64,000 nucleotides of DNA, from assembly GCA_051294375.1 (NCBI GenBank), contig CM119263.1:1137756-1201755 (forward strand). Direction: 5' to 3'. A program made the position numbers and the translations under genes. Within the stretch, counting starts at the first letter, position 1. Each line of letters opens with the position of its first letter. This stretch comes from Paraspadella gotoi (lineage: Eukaryota > Animalia > Chaetognatha). Shown piece by piece: positions 63,155-64,000 of this stretch. The notes beneath the pieces are model-generated. The model worked only from the letters and a program-made list of their open reading frames with translations. It searched no databases and was not told the DNA's origin.

Positions 63155-63433
63155 TCAACGTCGCTCTCCCCTTATCAAAACATTCAATATGCGAACGTGT
63201 CGCGCCTCCTCACTGGAGCTTCGGTATCGGATTTCTCAGCCAATACGGAGCGACGGCGTCGAACGTCCGTCCAATCATCGGAGTCTAAGAACGAGAAGGC
63301 GTCGGCAGCCGTGAAATTCCTCCAATCACGAGGCGAGGATTTTATAATCGACGCCACATCCGGTCCAGGAACGTCGCCAGAAGTCAAAGCGGAGACGTCG
63401 ACCAATCGGAGGCGAAGAAATAGAATCTCGTGA
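63155..63433 (+). CDS. Possible coding exon, product unknown
   Basis: GC-rich ~92-codon open frame after a pyrimidine tract and cgag, with many NCG codons like the real exons here. No recognisable domain, and the opposite strand is also open. Confidence 0.3.
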   Translation, partial: STSLSPYQNIQYANVSRLLTGASVSDFSANTERRRRTSVQSSESKNEKASAAVKFLQSRGEDFIIDATSGPGTSPEVKAETSTNRRRRNRIS

Positions 63434-64000
63434 AATCTTGAACCAATCACAGGGAATATGGGCGTTCCAGATTTCCCCCAGTCATGCCCCCTTTCCCGAA
63501 AGGAAGTCGGGTGTCCTTGTGAGAGCAGATCGCGAGTAGATATTGGAACAATTAATTGTCCATTAAAACCTTTAGCTCTTTACAACGATTTTGCACCATT
63601 TGTCGAAACTCTTAATATAACTCTGCATATTGATTGCAGAAAAATTAGAATTTTTCTGTTAGTATGATATATCCCACAGGTAGGAAAAATATTATTTTTT
63701 TTTCTCGAAGAAAAATAATGTCTCTTCATCTTCATTATTAATGAATATTAAATTAATAAATATTAATATTTTTAATATAATAAATATAAATATGAAACCA
63801 TCGATGTCTTTTTTTTTCATTTTCCAAATCTTCCCGACTGATGGACCCCTGGCGAGTTTTTTTCTAAATTAAAGAATCGAGAAACAAAAGATTTAAGAAT
63901 CGCTGCATCACTCGTCGCCTTTGGCTGGAACTTTTTTTCCAGATGGAAACGTGCAACGGCGCCCAGAAGGAAGACGGAGCATGAGTCATTGGCTCGCTCC

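Overview
AT-rich, microsatellite-dense, probably animal genomic DNA from a gap-filled draft assembly. Nearly all ORFs in the supplied track are translations of (AG)n/(CT)n repeats; the real genes are spliced. A minus-strand gene encoding an SGSM1/2-like (RUN/TBC family) protein spans at least 61394 to 16900 in 10 reconstructed exons and is incomplete at its 3' end. Its ~11.9-kb fifth intron (46663-58513) contains three tandem plus-strand, six-exon SDR16C-family short-chain dehydrogenase genes with identical intron positions and phases. These show tandemly duplicated 5' splice sites, GAG/AAG acceptors, a probable gene-conversion patch and a cofactor-site change in one copy. The rest is intronic: non-autonomous TIR elements, SINE-like and LTR-like fragments, satellites and inverted repeats. 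Several large duplications next to exactly-25-N gaps look like long-read gap-filling artefacts. Family assignments are from recalled motifs, not database searches.
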